A stretch of 64,000 bases of DNA from Patescibacteria group bacterium (GCA_023379125.1 JAMCSY010000011.1:5333-69332); one strand, 5' to 3'. Numbered from the stretch's first letter, positions 29,476-38,965 are shown. A program made the numbers and translations. Notes: a model not told the origin generated them from the sequence alone.

Positions 29476-31404
29476 ATGAATACAACAAAAATACTAGCCA
29501 CAATCAAAAATAAGTGGGTACATTTATTTTGCCTAACATTACTAGTCCTAATATGTTATTTAGGAATTTTACAAAATGGTTTTGCTTGGGATGACGAGGA
29601 TTTTTTTCTGAACTGGCCGACAATCAAGGACAGCCAGGAAATTTCTGCTGTTTTAAGTATACCTGACCTGCTAGCAGGTTCTTTACCTTCCAATCATCAA
29701 GGTGTTTATCGTCCAATTAGAAGTGTATACTATCTGGCTAGTTACAAAATCTGGGGAGAAGACGCTTTTGGATATCACTTACAAGCCATCATTGTTCATC
29801 TGTTGGTCGTCCTCCTTATCTATTTTATTACCGAAGAAATATTCAAGCAGCGACTTCTCGCTTTTCTATCGGCAGCCTTTTTCGCTACCCATCCTATACA
29901 TACAGAGGCAATTAGTTATACTGCAGCTAGCTTAGATTCTCTGGGGATACTTTTCTTCTTCGCCGCTTTTTATTTTTATTTACGATCAACCAATTCAGTG
30001 AAAAGAAATATCCCAGCTATAATTTTATCAATCATTTATACAGGTTTAGCTTTTTTTACCTACGAGATGACTCTGGTTCTTCCAATCCTGATTGTTTTTT
30101 ACGATTATACTTTTAATTTTCTCACCAGGGAAAATTGGCGTCAGCGACTATCAGTATACAAACCTTATTTGTCTTTATGGTTATTCTATTTGGTAGTGAG
30201 ATTTCTGTGGCTACAAATAGGGGACAGAGCTGATTATTTGGGTAACGGTATGTTATTAGTTGCCCAACAGGCCAGAACTGCGATTTTGGTTATTTATGCT
30301 CACTACCTATCTTGGTTAGTCTTACCACTGCATCAAAATATCCTACCCAACATCAACCAATCCTCGAATCTGGATATCTTAGCTTTTGTTAATAAATTCA
30401 GGGCAGGTCAGCTCACTTCTGTAATAATCGACTATTCAGCTTTAATCCCTGTTTTCTTTCTAATAAGTGGAATACTAGCTACGTTATTCTTACTAAAAAA
30501 GCATAAATTAGTAGCTTTCAGTCTTGGCTGGTTATTGATTTCACTTACTACCGTTTCCAGTATTCTTCCTCAAGGTGCACCAATTGCCGAGCGCTATCTC
30601 TATATTGGATCCTTTGGTTATACACTCATTCTAGCTTTTTTAGTAATCTATATATCTCATCTGACTCCAAGAGTGTTAAGGATGGTCATCAAGGGCTATA
30701 TCTCCCATACCTCTTTTTTATCATATAGTCTTATAGTTTCAGCTAGTCTTGCAATCGTTGTCTCCTACACATACCTAACTATTAATCGCAACTTTGATTG
30801 GCATAATTACCAAAGTCTGTGGGAAAGTGTAGTTCGAGAGGACCCGAATAACTCTTATGCCTATGAAGGATTAGGCTATCAAAGCTTTGAAAGAGGTAAT
30901 ATAAATGAAGCAATTAATTTATACCAAAAAACTATTAGTCTTAACCCACAACAAACCCGCGCAAGAACTAATCTGGCAAGCGCCTATATTAAGCAGCAGC
31001 AATATGACTTAGCGTTACAACAACTCCAATTGACTTTGGATATTGATACTAATAATCCAATCGCCTATGAATTATGGGGAGACATCGCAATGGTTCAAAA
31101 AAACTACAAATTGGCGATCGAAAAATATCAACAGGCGTTGCAAATTGCGCCACAGTATTCCTTCTATAATGCCAATTTAGGATCAGCTTACGAACAAAAT
31201 GGCCAATACCAGCAGGCTTTGACCCAGTACCAAACAGCCATCTCTCTTAACCCCAACAGTGCTGACTATTATTACCATATCAGCAATATTTATTATCACT
31301 TAGGTCATCAGGATTTGGCAATTCAAGCTATAAATTTATCTTTGGAGTTTGACCCTAATAATAATATAGCTAAAGAATTAAAAGAACTTTTGCAAAATCA
31401 ATGA
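29476..31404 (+). CDS. TMTC-like membrane glycosyltransferase with C-terminal TPR repeats
   Basis: 642 aa; N-terminal polytopic domain with FAWDDEDFF (DD motif as in TMTC/DUF1736 O-mannosyltransferases); C-terminal 200 aa has at least 5 TPR-like repeats (AYEGLGYQ.., AYELWGDI.., NLGSAYEQNGQYQQA..). Confidence 0.55.
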   Translation: MNTTKILATIKNKWVHLFCLTLLVLICYLGILQNGFAWDDEDFFLNWPTIKDSQEISAVLSIPDLLAGSLPSNHQGVYRPIRSVYYLASYKIWGEDAFGYHLQAIIVHLLVVLLIYFITEEIFKQRLLAFLSAAFFATHPIHTEAISYTAASLDSLGILFFFAAFYFYLRSTNSVKRNIPAIILSIIYTGLAFFTYEMTLVLPILIVFYDYTFNFLTRENWRQRLSVYKPYLSLWLFYLVVRFLWLQIGDRADYLGNGMLLVAQQARTAILVIYAHYLSWLVLPLHQNILPNINQSSNLDILAFVNKFRAGQLTSVIIDYSALIPVFFLISGILATLFLLKKHKLVAFSLGWLLISLTTVSSILPQGAPIAERYLYIGSFGYTLILAFLVIYISHLTPRVLRMVIKGYISHTSFLSYSLIVSASLAIVVSYTYLTINRNFDWHNYQSLWESVVREDPNNSYAYEGLGYQSFERGNINEAINLYQKTISLNPQQTRARTNLASAYIKQQQYDLALQQLQLTLDIDTNNPIAYELWGDIAMVQKNYKLAIEKYQQALQIAPQYSFYNANLGSAYEQNGQYQQALTQYQTAISLNPNSADYYYHISNIYYHLGHQDLAIQAINLSLEFDPNNNIAKELKELLQNQ

Positions 31405-31435
31405 TTTCTTAGAAAGATAAGTAGTAGAGAAGAAA

Positions 31436-31858
31436 TTACTGAGCGTTCCTCTTACAGAACCAGTTTCCAGAAGTAGTAGCACCCCCACCCACACTAGTGG
31501 TTGCATTACCTGTTGAGTTTTCCAGTGAAGCACAGAAAACAAAGCCATTAGAAGAATTAAATGAGGTAGCATAATTAGCACCACCAGGAGAAGGATTAGT
31601 TGGTACTGTTTGATCAGAAAACCAAGTCCCGTTTAATGATGTTGGATAACCAGAACCAGAAACATAATTGGCTTCCATTGCTCCAGCCATGGATTGAATA
31701 TCAGCCTTTCTTTTGGCATCTCGCGCTTTATTTAAAGTTCCAGTATAAATAGTAATCCCGATAATACCTAAGATTGCCAAGATTGAAATAACAACTAACA
31801 GCTCAAAAAGTGTAAAACCTTGAGAGTTATTTTTAGTTCTAGGCAAAAATTTTGACAT
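31436..31858 (-). CDS. Type IV pilin, tandem paralog A
   Basis: Preferred start MSKFLPRTKNNSQG|FTLFELLVVISILAILGIIG (the ORF-track start at 31930 overlaps paralog B); C-terminal Cys pair; Ser/Thr-rich segment with NST/NAT. Confidence 0.7.
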   Translation of the reverse strand: MSKFLPRTKNNSQGFTLFELLVVISILAILGIIGITIYTGTLNKARDAKRKADIQSMAGAMEANYVSGSGYPTSLNGTWFSDQTVPTNPSPGGANYATSFNSSNGFVFCASLENSTGNATTSVGGGATTSGNWFCKRNAQ

Positions 31859-31859
31859 A

Positions 31860-32282
31860 TTATTGTGCATTCCTCTTACAATACCAATTACCAGAAGTAG
31901 TAGCACCTCCACCAACACTGGTAGTAGCATTACCTGTTGAATTCTCTAGTGAAGCACAGAAAACAAAACCACTCGAAGTATTAAAAGAAGTCGCATATGT
32001 GGCACCACCAGGAGAAGGATTAGTTGGAACTGTTTGATCAGAGAACCAAGTAGCATTTAACGATGTTGGGTAACCAGAACCAGAAACATAATTAGCTTCC
32101 ATAGCTCCAGCCATTGCTTCTATATCTGCTTTTCTCTTAGCATCTCGAGCTTTATTCAAAGTTCCAGTATAAATAGTAATACCAATAATACCTAATATTG
32201 CTAATATAGAGATTACTACCAAAAGTTCGAAAAGTGTAAAACCTTGAGGATTTGAATTTGTCTTGGGCAGTAGCTTTTTCAT
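31860..32282 (-). CDS. Type IV pilin, tandem paralog B (about 90% identical to A)
   Basis: Preferred start MKKLLPKTNSNPQG|FTLFELLVVISILAILGIIG; the mature N-terminal about 45 aa are identical to A. Confidence 0.7.
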   Translation of the reverse strand: MKKLLPKTNSNPQGFTLFELLVVISILAILGIIGITIYTGTLNKARDAKRKADIEAMAGAMEANYVSGSGYPTSLNATWFSDQTVPTNPSPGGATYATSFNTSSGFVFCASLENSTGNATTSVGGGATTSGNWYCKRNAQ

Positions 32283-32323
32283 TTCTTGATCTATATTTAC
32301 TTTTGCATAACTAAAATATCTTG

Positions 32324-33250
32324 TCAAGAACCAATTTTCAGGCTAGTAATATACCAATTTATTATTTTTGCACCAAATAACAAAGCAGTAAAAGCACCCA
32401 AACTCAGGAAAGGACCAAAGGGAATTGTTTGCCCAAAATGTCTCTTTTTAAAAGCCATCAGCAGCAAAGCAATCACTGCACCGCTAATAAACGCCAAAAA
32501 GATAGCTAAGACTATATTAGGATAACCAAGTGCCAAGCCTAGTAGAAAAACATACTTAACGTCACCCCAACCCATCCCACGCCCTCTTGTGATTACAATT
32601 AGGAAAAAGAAAACGAGAGCTGAAATTACTGCTGCACCTAGGCTCCAAGCAGCATCCATCACAATTCTTTGGATATTATCAGTCAGGTAAGCAGAGTAGG
32701 GAGGCATCAAGTATTTTCCAAAAGGAATCAAAACTACTTCGTGATAAAAATTCCAAGAAACTAAAACCGTAGTTAAAATTAGATATATCAGAGAAATAAT
32801 CATAGCTGGATAAGTAATTCGATCAGGTATTATTCCCAATTTCAAGTCAGTCAAAAAGATAATTGCTAAAACTGTGACGATGAAACACCTAAATAGTAGG
32901 TCAATTAAAAGTAATAAATGTGGGATATCGGCAATAAAAATTTGCTCTAGGTGAGTAGGTAAGGTCGCTAAAAAAACCAAGGCAATCAGTATACCCATTA
33001 CTAATTCAGCTAAAAAATTACCCAGAGGGATTTTTCGATGACAAAACCGGCAGTGTCCACGCAGGATTAAAAAGGAGAAGACAGGGAAAAGGTCGTACCA
33101 TCTAAGCGTTTTTTTGCAACTTTGACAATACGACCTTTTTTTAAATGATACCTTTTCCTGGATCCGATCAGAGGTTGCTTTAGCAAAGCTTCCTAAAATC
33201 GTTCCCAGAACAAAACCCAGTAGCCACATCTTAAACCCTATTGTATCCAA
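32324..33250 (-). CDS. pilD: Prepilin peptidase (A24 family)
   Basis: 308 aa; N-terminal CxxC..CxxC (CQSCKK..CRFCHRK), about 8 TM segments, A24 architecture. Confidence 0.8.
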   Translation of the reverse strand: MDTIGFKMWLLGFVLGTILGSFAKATSDRIQEKVSFKKRSYCQSCKKTLRWYDLFPVFSFLILRGHCRFCHRKIPLGNFLAELVMGILIALVFLATLPTHLEQIFIADIPHLLLLIDLLFRCFIVTVLAIIFLTDLKLGIIPDRITYPAMIISLIYLILTTVLVSWNFYHEVVLIPFGKYLMPPYSAYLTDNIQRIVMDAAWSLGAAVISALVFFFLIVITRGRGMGWGDVKYVFLLGLALGYPNIVLAIFLAFISGAVIALLLMAFKKRHFGQTIPFGPFLSLGAFTALLFGAKIINWYITSLKIGS

Positions 33251-33290
33251 ACTGTTACGTTCTCACAAGAGAACTAACAGTACCCAAACC

Positions 33291-33851
33291 TTAATACGCG
33301 CAAGGTGTACCAGCAGCTGTGATTAAGTTAAGGTTAGAACCAACCTCATACAAAGTATCCTGATCACCACCATCTGTGGCCATCTTGCCCTTTTGTTGAT
33401 CTGATTCCAGAGCAGTATCAATTTCCCAAGAATCAGTGGAACCGACAGTATCAGATGCACAATATGTGTAGTGATAGTCTGTACTGTTGGTAGGATCGGC
33501 GGGTAAGGTAGGTATCGAGACACTCTTTTGGAGACTCAAATTTACTTTCACCCAACCAGAACCGTTAGAATTCCTCACGTTTGCATCTGTGTCATCACTG
33601 TGACCTACACAGGTGTAGTTAGAACCTGATGTACCACAAAGAATTTGACCACCGGAAGCTGTTGCCTCCTGAACTGCAACGTTAATCGCTTGCTGAAGAT
33701 TTGCTAAATCGGTTAGTCTAGCAGCATCACGGCTTCGTCTGGTTAATTCTAACGGATTAATAATCAGCACTACCACAGCTGCAAGAATTGCAATAATTGC
33801 AATGACCACCAATAGCTCTACCAAGGTAAACCCACGGGCAGTTTTCTTCAA
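33291..33851 (-). CDS. Type IV pilin (candidate major pilin), TTG start with strong SD
   Basis: 186 aa; MKKTARG|FTLVELLVVIAIIAILAAVVVLI + SRDAARLTDLANLQQAI; GAGGGGGTGAGGT 5 nt upstream of TTG. Confidence 0.7.
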   Translation of the reverse strand: MKKTARGFTLVELLVVIAIIAILAAVVVLIINPLELTRRSRDAARLTDLANLQQAINVAVQEATASGGQILCGTSGSNYTCVGHSDDTDANVRNSNGSGWVKVNLSLQKSVSIPTLPADPTNSTDYHYTYCASDTVGSTDSWEIDTALESDQQKGKMATDGGDQDTLYEVGSNLNLITAAGTPCAY

Positions 33852-33892
33852 ATTTACCTCACCCCCTCTCAGTAGTTTAGTTCATAACTTAT

Positions 33893-34113
33893 AGTTAGTA
33901 GTTCATAGATCGGCTGAACTATGAACTGCAAATAATGAACTTATTACTAATCTTATTGTTGACATAGCTGAAAGTTTTAGTCAAGTGTTTAACTTATTTA
34001 AATACATACCTAATATTATGAGTTTAGTAACATTACTTTCAACAAGAAGATACCGCGCTAACGTCAGCCAGTGGTAGATTCTTTGTTGACATAGCTGAAA
34101 GTTTTAGTCAAGT
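33893..34113. promoter_or_regulatory. Pilin upstream control region: two copies of TTGTTGACATAGCTGAAAGTTTTAGTCAAGT (inverted half-sites TTGAC-N16-GTCAA) plus a cluster of GTTCAT/ATGAAC half-sites
   Basis: Exact 31-bp direct repeat at 33956-33986 and 34083-34113; GTTCATA x2 and ATGAAC x2 between 33893 and 33950; located 100-260 bp upstream of the pilin start at 33851. Confidence 0.5.
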
Positions 34114-34132
34114 CCTTTAGTTTTAGCAAAAC

Positions 34133-35341
34133 TTACTGAATATTAGTAGTGAGCTGGTAAATGGGCAAAATAATTGATATCACTAAAAAGGCCACCCCCA
34201 CACCCAAGATTACTAAGATGATAGGTTCAATTAAGGTTGTTACATTTTTAAGTTGATTATCTGACTCTGTCTCAAAATAGTTTGCCAATCTGATCATAAT
34301 CTCATCAATTTTACCAGTCTCTTCGCCAGTCTTAATCATTTGTCCCACAATCCTTGGAAATACTGGCATAGCCAGTATTTGGCTAGAAAGAGTTAAACCA
34401 CGTTCAACTCCTTTATATGCTGTTTCTAAACCACTTTGAAAAACACTATTTCCTACAATTTCTCCGACAATTTTAATTGATTCCAAAATCGGAATGCCAG
34501 AAGAAGCAAGTAAGCCAAAAGTACGAGTAAAATTGGTTAGCGTTACTAAAGTAACAATCCGTCCAACTACAGGCAGTTTGAGAACGACTGTATCATATTG
34601 ATATTTACCGCTCGGAGATTTGATATAACGGCGAAAAGTTAAGATCCCTACCACTAAAATAAGCAGAATTATCCACCAGTAAGTCAACATGAAGTTAGTG
34701 AAGGCAAGCAATATTTTGGTCGGTAGTGGTAAATCTAAGCCAGAATCTGTATAAAGATTCATCAGCTTAGGCATCACGAAAAAGATCATAATCAGCATCA
34801 CACCAGCCATCATCAACAACACAACGATTGGATAAATCATGGCTCCTCTGATTTTGCTACGGAATTCACGATCTTTCTCCAAGTTATCAGCAAGTTGCAA
34901 AAGTACAGTATCCAACTTACCGGAGGCTTGACCAGCTCTGACTAATTTACTATAGAGTTTAGGAAATACCTCTGGGTATTTTTCCAGGGAAGTCGCAAAA
35001 TCCATTCCACCTTTGACATCATTAGATATTTCACCAATAATTTTCTGAAAGTTCTTGTCAGACTGCTGCTCTTGTAAAATATCCAGAGCTTCAGAAAGCA
35101 CTAAGCCTGCTTCTACCATCGTGGCTAACTGCCTGGTAAAAACCACCACATCTGAATAAGCCACTTTGGAGAAAAACTTTTCAACAAAATTATCTTTATT
35201 AGTATTTTTAACTTTCAGTGAAATCACAATTAATTTTTTGCGGCGGAGGAGGGTAGCCGCTTGACGATCATCGGTAGTCTCAATTTCTCCTTTGTGATAA
35301 CTGCCAGTCAAGTCTTTGGCAATGTAATTAAATATCGGCAT
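34133..35341 (-). CDS. pilC: Type IV pilus inner-membrane platform protein PilC (GspF family)
   Basis: 402 aa; two GspF repeats, 3-4 TM segments. Confidence 0.8.
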   Translation of the reverse strand: MPIFNYIAKDLTGSYHKGEIETTDDRQAATLLRRKKLIVISLKVKNTNKDNFVEKFFSKVAYSDVVVFTRQLATMVEAGLVLSEALDILQEQQSDKNFQKIIGEISNDVKGGMDFATSLEKYPEVFPKLYSKLVRAGQASGKLDTVLLQLADNLEKDREFRSKIRGAMIYPIVVLLMMAGVMLIMIFFVMPKLMNLYTDSGLDLPLPTKILLAFTNFMLTYWWIILLILVVGILTFRRYIKSPSGKYQYDTVVLKLPVVGRIVTLVTLTNFTRTFGLLASSGIPILESIKIVGEIVGNSVFQSGLETAYKGVERGLTLSSQILAMPVFPRIVGQMIKTGEETGKIDEIMIRLANYFETESDNQLKNVTTLIEPIILVILGVGVAFLVISIILPIYQLTTNIQ

Positions 35342-35346
35342 AATTG

Positions 35347-36396
35347 TTAGACTAGTTTGGCCAATAGGTCTGGACGGAAGCTGTAGTTTAAGGCTGTATT
35401 AAAATCTACCTCACCTTCTTTGACTAGATTAGCCAGAGAGGTTTCCAAACTAATCATTCCTTGTTCACCAGAAGTTTGAATTAAGTTATCAATTAAATGA
35501 GTTTTTGATTCTCTGATTAAGGCTGGCAAAGCACTGTTTCGTAGTAGCAACTCAACAGCTAGTTTTCTACCCGGAGTTATCGTGGGCACTAGACGTTGTG
35601 AGACAATTGCTTCTAGGGTAGCAGCAAGTTGCAATCTAATCTGCTGCTGCTGATTTTGTGGAAAAACATCGATCATACGGTCTATCGATTGAGCTGCAGA
35701 GTTAGTATGAAGAGTTGCTAAAACCAAGTGGCCAGTTTCAGCAATAGTAATTGCTGCCGCAATAGTTTCTGGATCACGCATTTCACCAATCAAAATTACA
35801 TCAATATCCTCGCGCAACACTGCCCTTAAAGCACTATCCCATGATTTAGTATCTAAATACATCTCTCTTTGAGAAATGATCGATTTACCCTTTGCATAGA
35901 CATACTCAATAGGATCTTCAATTGTCACAATATGAGCTGATCGTTTGGAGTTAATTTTATTAATAACCGCAGCCAAAGTAGTGCTTTTTCCTTGACCATT
36001 AGGGCCAGTTACCAAAACAAAACCTTGATGTAAATCAATTAGTTTATTAACTGCTGGAGGCAAACCTAACGTTTCCAATTCAGGAATTGCCAGAGGAATC
36101 ATGCGCAAAGATGCACCCATTTGGCCCTTTTGACGATAAAGATTTGCCCTAAAACGAGCTTTATCTTCAAAAGAGAAACCAAAATCTAATTCAAAATTTT
36201 TCTCAAATAATTGCTTTTGAGTAGGAGTTAGTAGCTGAAAAACCAAACTAGTAACATCAGGGTCAGATAACGCAGTAGAGCCTGCCACTTGTACCAGCTC
36301 ACCATGAATACGAATCATTGGTGGGTAACCAGCCAAAAGATGTAAGTCTGACGCCCGTCTTTCAATTGTAATCTCAAGTAGCTGTCTGATATTCAT
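35347..36396 (-). CDS. pilT: Twitching motility ATPase PilT
   Basis: 349 aa; ASDLHL, GPNGQGKSTT Walker A, GEMRD, His box TLHTNSAAQSIDR. Confidence 0.85.
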   Translation of the reverse strand: MNIRQLLEITIERRASDLHLLAGYPPMIRIHGELVQVAGSTALSDPDVTSLVFQLLTPTQKQLFEKNFELDFGFSFEDKARFRANLYRQKGQMGASLRMIPLAIPELETLGLPPAVNKLIDLHQGFVLVTGPNGQGKSTTLAAVINKINSKRSAHIVTIEDPIEYVYAKGKSIISQREMYLDTKSWDSALRAVLREDIDVILIGEMRDPETIAAAITIAETGHLVLATLHTNSAAQSIDRMIDVFPQNQQQQIRLQLAATLEAIVSQRLVPTITPGRKLAVELLLRNSALPALIRESKTHLIDNLIQTSGEQGMISLETSLANLVKEGEVDFNTALNYSFRPDLLAKLV

Positions 36397-36462
36397 ATAA
36401 TTTCTATAATTTAATGCACTATAATTATTGTTATCATTTCCAACTTCAAAAGCAAAGGGTCT

Positions 36463-38163
36463 TTAATCTTCAGCCACCCTTAAGACCTCTTCCAAAGCAG
36501 TAACACCTTCCAAAGCTTTGAGATAACCATCTTGTTTGAGAGTAATCATCCCTTCCTCAATAGAAACATCTTCTATTTTTTGGCTCGAAGCTCTTTCCAG
36601 AATCAGATTCATAATTTTATTTGAAACCACTAGCACTTCAAAAATACCAATCCGCCCTTGGTAACCAGTATTGCCACACTCAGCACACCCTGCACCTTTA
36701 TATAGTTTAATTGCACGCTCAGGCGAAAGCAGTTTACCAAGTACTCCTCTGATATTTTGCACTACCTCATCTGGTGGGGTATACTCTTGTTTACACGAAG
36801 GACAAATCTTACGCAAAATCCTCTGGCCAACCACACCATTGATTGAAGATGCGAGCAAGAACGGTTCCATACCCATATCTAAAAGTCTGGGCAAAGCTCC
36901 AGCTGCAGTATTAGTATGCAGAGTAGAAAAAACTTCGTGGCCAGTCAAAGCTGCTTGAATTGCCAAATCAGCTGTTTCATTATCACGAATTTCACCTACT
37001 AACATAATATTAGGATCTTGGCGCAAGAAAGATCTTAGGGCATCAGCAAAGGTTAAGCCAATTAATGGGTTAACTTGCACTTGGTTTGCACCAGGAATGC
37101 GATACTCGACAGGATCTTCAACTGTTAAAACATTAACCTTAGTGGTAGATAATCTTGTGAGAATAGAGTAGAGGGTAGTTGTTTTACCAGACCCAGTTGG
37201 TCCACAAATCAGAATAATGCCGTGCGGTCTGGTAATTTGTATATCGAGATTCTTCAAAGCAGTACCTCTTAAACCTAGCTCCTGCAGAGTTGGAGGTGTG
37301 ACTGATTTTGGTAAAAGCCTCATCACTACTTTCTCGCCATAAATAGTAGGCACTGTGGATACACGCAAATCATAAATTGCTTTTCCAGAGGTATAGCTAA
37401 AACGTCCGTCTTGAGGTAGTCTTTTTTCCTCAATCTTCAGATTAGACAGAATCTTAATTCGGGAAACTAGTGCATCATGAACTCCACGCGGCAAAACCAC
37501 TTTTTCGTGCAGAATTCCATCAATCCGATACCTTACTCGAGTGCGATCCTCCATAGGTTCAATATGAATATCTGATGATTTAGTGCGGACAGCATAATCA
37601 AGGAGTTGACTTATAATATTAGCAACAGGTGCCTCACGGATAATTTCTGCTTTTTCTTCTTGTGGTTCTTCATTTTTCTGAAAAGAGGAAACTTCTTCCA
37701 AAGCGGAAGTGACTTCAGAAGTTAAATTCTGGGCATATTGTTCATTAACTGATTTAGCAATATCCTCTGGTAAAGCCAGATAAGGCTTGATAAAAAGCCC
37801 TGATTTTTTTTCAATAAATTGAATTACCTGCAAATCCAGTGGATCTTCCATCGCCACAAACAACTTGTCAGCTTTTTTATCAAAAGGCATGAGGTGGTAA
37901 CGCCTTGCCACAGCCTCAGGTACATAATTTAACACCTCAACAGAAACTCCTTTGCCTTCTAAGCTAATAAAGGGAACTCCCAGCAGCTGAGCACGAGCTG
38001 CTCCAATTTTAGATGGAGGAACTATTTGGTGCTGGAGGATAATTTTCTCAACTGGTTGGCCACTATTAATAGCTTCTAACTTAATTGCAGAGAGTTGACT
38101 TGCGTTAATCGCTCCCTGCCTGTAAAGAATATCTTCAATCCCAACTTGAGCAGACTGTGGCAT
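36463..38163 (-). CDS. pilB: Type IV pilus assembly ATPase PilB (GspE family)
   Basis: 566 aa; GPTGSGKTTT, tetracysteine CPSCK..CAECGNTG zinc motif, GEIRD. Confidence 0.85.
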   Translation of the reverse strand: MPQSAQVGIEDILYRQGAINASQLSAIKLEAINSGQPVEKIILQHQIVPPSKIGAARAQLLGVPFISLEGKGVSVEVLNYVPEAVARRYHLMPFDKKADKLFVAMEDPLDLQVIQFIEKKSGLFIKPYLALPEDIAKSVNEQYAQNLTSEVTSALEEVSSFQKNEEPQEEKAEIIREAPVANIISQLLDYAVRTKSSDIHIEPMEDRTRVRYRIDGILHEKVVLPRGVHDALVSRIKILSNLKIEEKRLPQDGRFSYTSGKAIYDLRVSTVPTIYGEKVVMRLLPKSVTPPTLQELGLRGTALKNLDIQITRPHGIILICGPTGSGKTTTLYSILTRLSTTKVNVLTVEDPVEYRIPGANQVQVNPLIGLTFADALRSFLRQDPNIMLVGEIRDNETADLAIQAALTGHEVFSTLHTNTAAGALPRLLDMGMEPFLLASSINGVVGQRILRKICPSCKQEYTPPDEVVQNIRGVLGKLLSPERAIKLYKGAGCAECGNTGYQGRIGIFEVLVVSNKIMNLILERASSQKIEDVSIEEGMITLKQDGYLKALEGVTALEEVLRVAED

Positions 38164-38296
38164 AAGTTTATTACCTAAAAAGTTTAGGCCTTACAATTAT
38201 TATGTTCAAAGTAGGGTAGTAGTGTCAATTGCCATAAAAAATAGCTCGACTAATTCAAGCAATTTGCGCAGTCTGCTTTTGATATAATCCAAAGCA

Positions 38297-38965
38297 ATGA
38301 TAGCTCAACTAATAATTCAACCAGATATTCCTACCAGAATCCAGGCTATTGAGAAAATCTTAATTGATCAGGGGTTAAACAGAAATCACCCTAACCTGAT
38401 CTGGTTTGATGAAAATAGTAAATTAGGAGTAGAACAAACTAAAAAAATCAGGGAACATCTTTCCTTAAAACCCTATCAGGGAAAATTTCAAGCAGCTGTA
38501 CTTATAGCAGCAGAGGTTTTAAGCTTGGATGCTCAAAACTCGCTGTTAAAAATTTTAGAAGAGCCCCCTGGCGAGGCATTGATTATTTTGGGCATTGGTT
38601 TTGAATCCCAACTTCTTCCCACTGTTATTTCCCGTTGTCAGCTAACTTTCATTCATGATTCAGGAACTAATAAAAATGAGGTTTTGTTGAAAAAATACCA
38701 GGCTAAAATCATGCAGCTTTTTGCCAGTAATATTGAGACGAGATTTCAGCTAATTGAAAAAATAGAACAACGTGAGGAGTTTTTAACTGCTTTGGTTACT
38801 TATTTTCATGAGCATCGTCAAGATAAAACTTTACAGCCCTTTTTAGCAGATCTGCTTCAAGCCAGTCTTTGGCAACAACACAATGTTAATACTCGAGGAA
38901 TTTTAGAATACCTGATGCTCAAAATACCAATTATTAAAGATAATAAGATTGAATTTAGCCGCTAA
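38297..38965 (+). CDS. holB: DNA polymerase III delta'-like clamp-loader subunit, truncated (no P-loop)
   Basis: 222 aa; NSLLKILEEPP and TVISRCQ motifs present but no N-terminal Walker A. Confidence 0.5.
   Translation: MIAQLIIQPDIPTRIQAIEKILIDQGLNRNHPNLIWFDENSKLGVEQTKKIREHLSLKPYQGKFQAAVLIAAEVLSLDAQNSLLKILEEPPGEALIILGIGFESQLLPTVISRCQLTFIHDSGTNKNEVLLKKYQAKIMQLFASNIETRFQLIEKIEQREEFLTALVTYFHEHRQDKTLQPFLADLLQASLWQQHNVNTRGILEYLMLKIPIIKDNKIEFSR

Noticed and set aside
33852-33956. Sigma-54 (-24/-12) promoter upstream of the major pilin
   Set aside because: A TTGCA is present, but there is no GG at the -24 spacing. No enhancer-binding protein gene is in the window.
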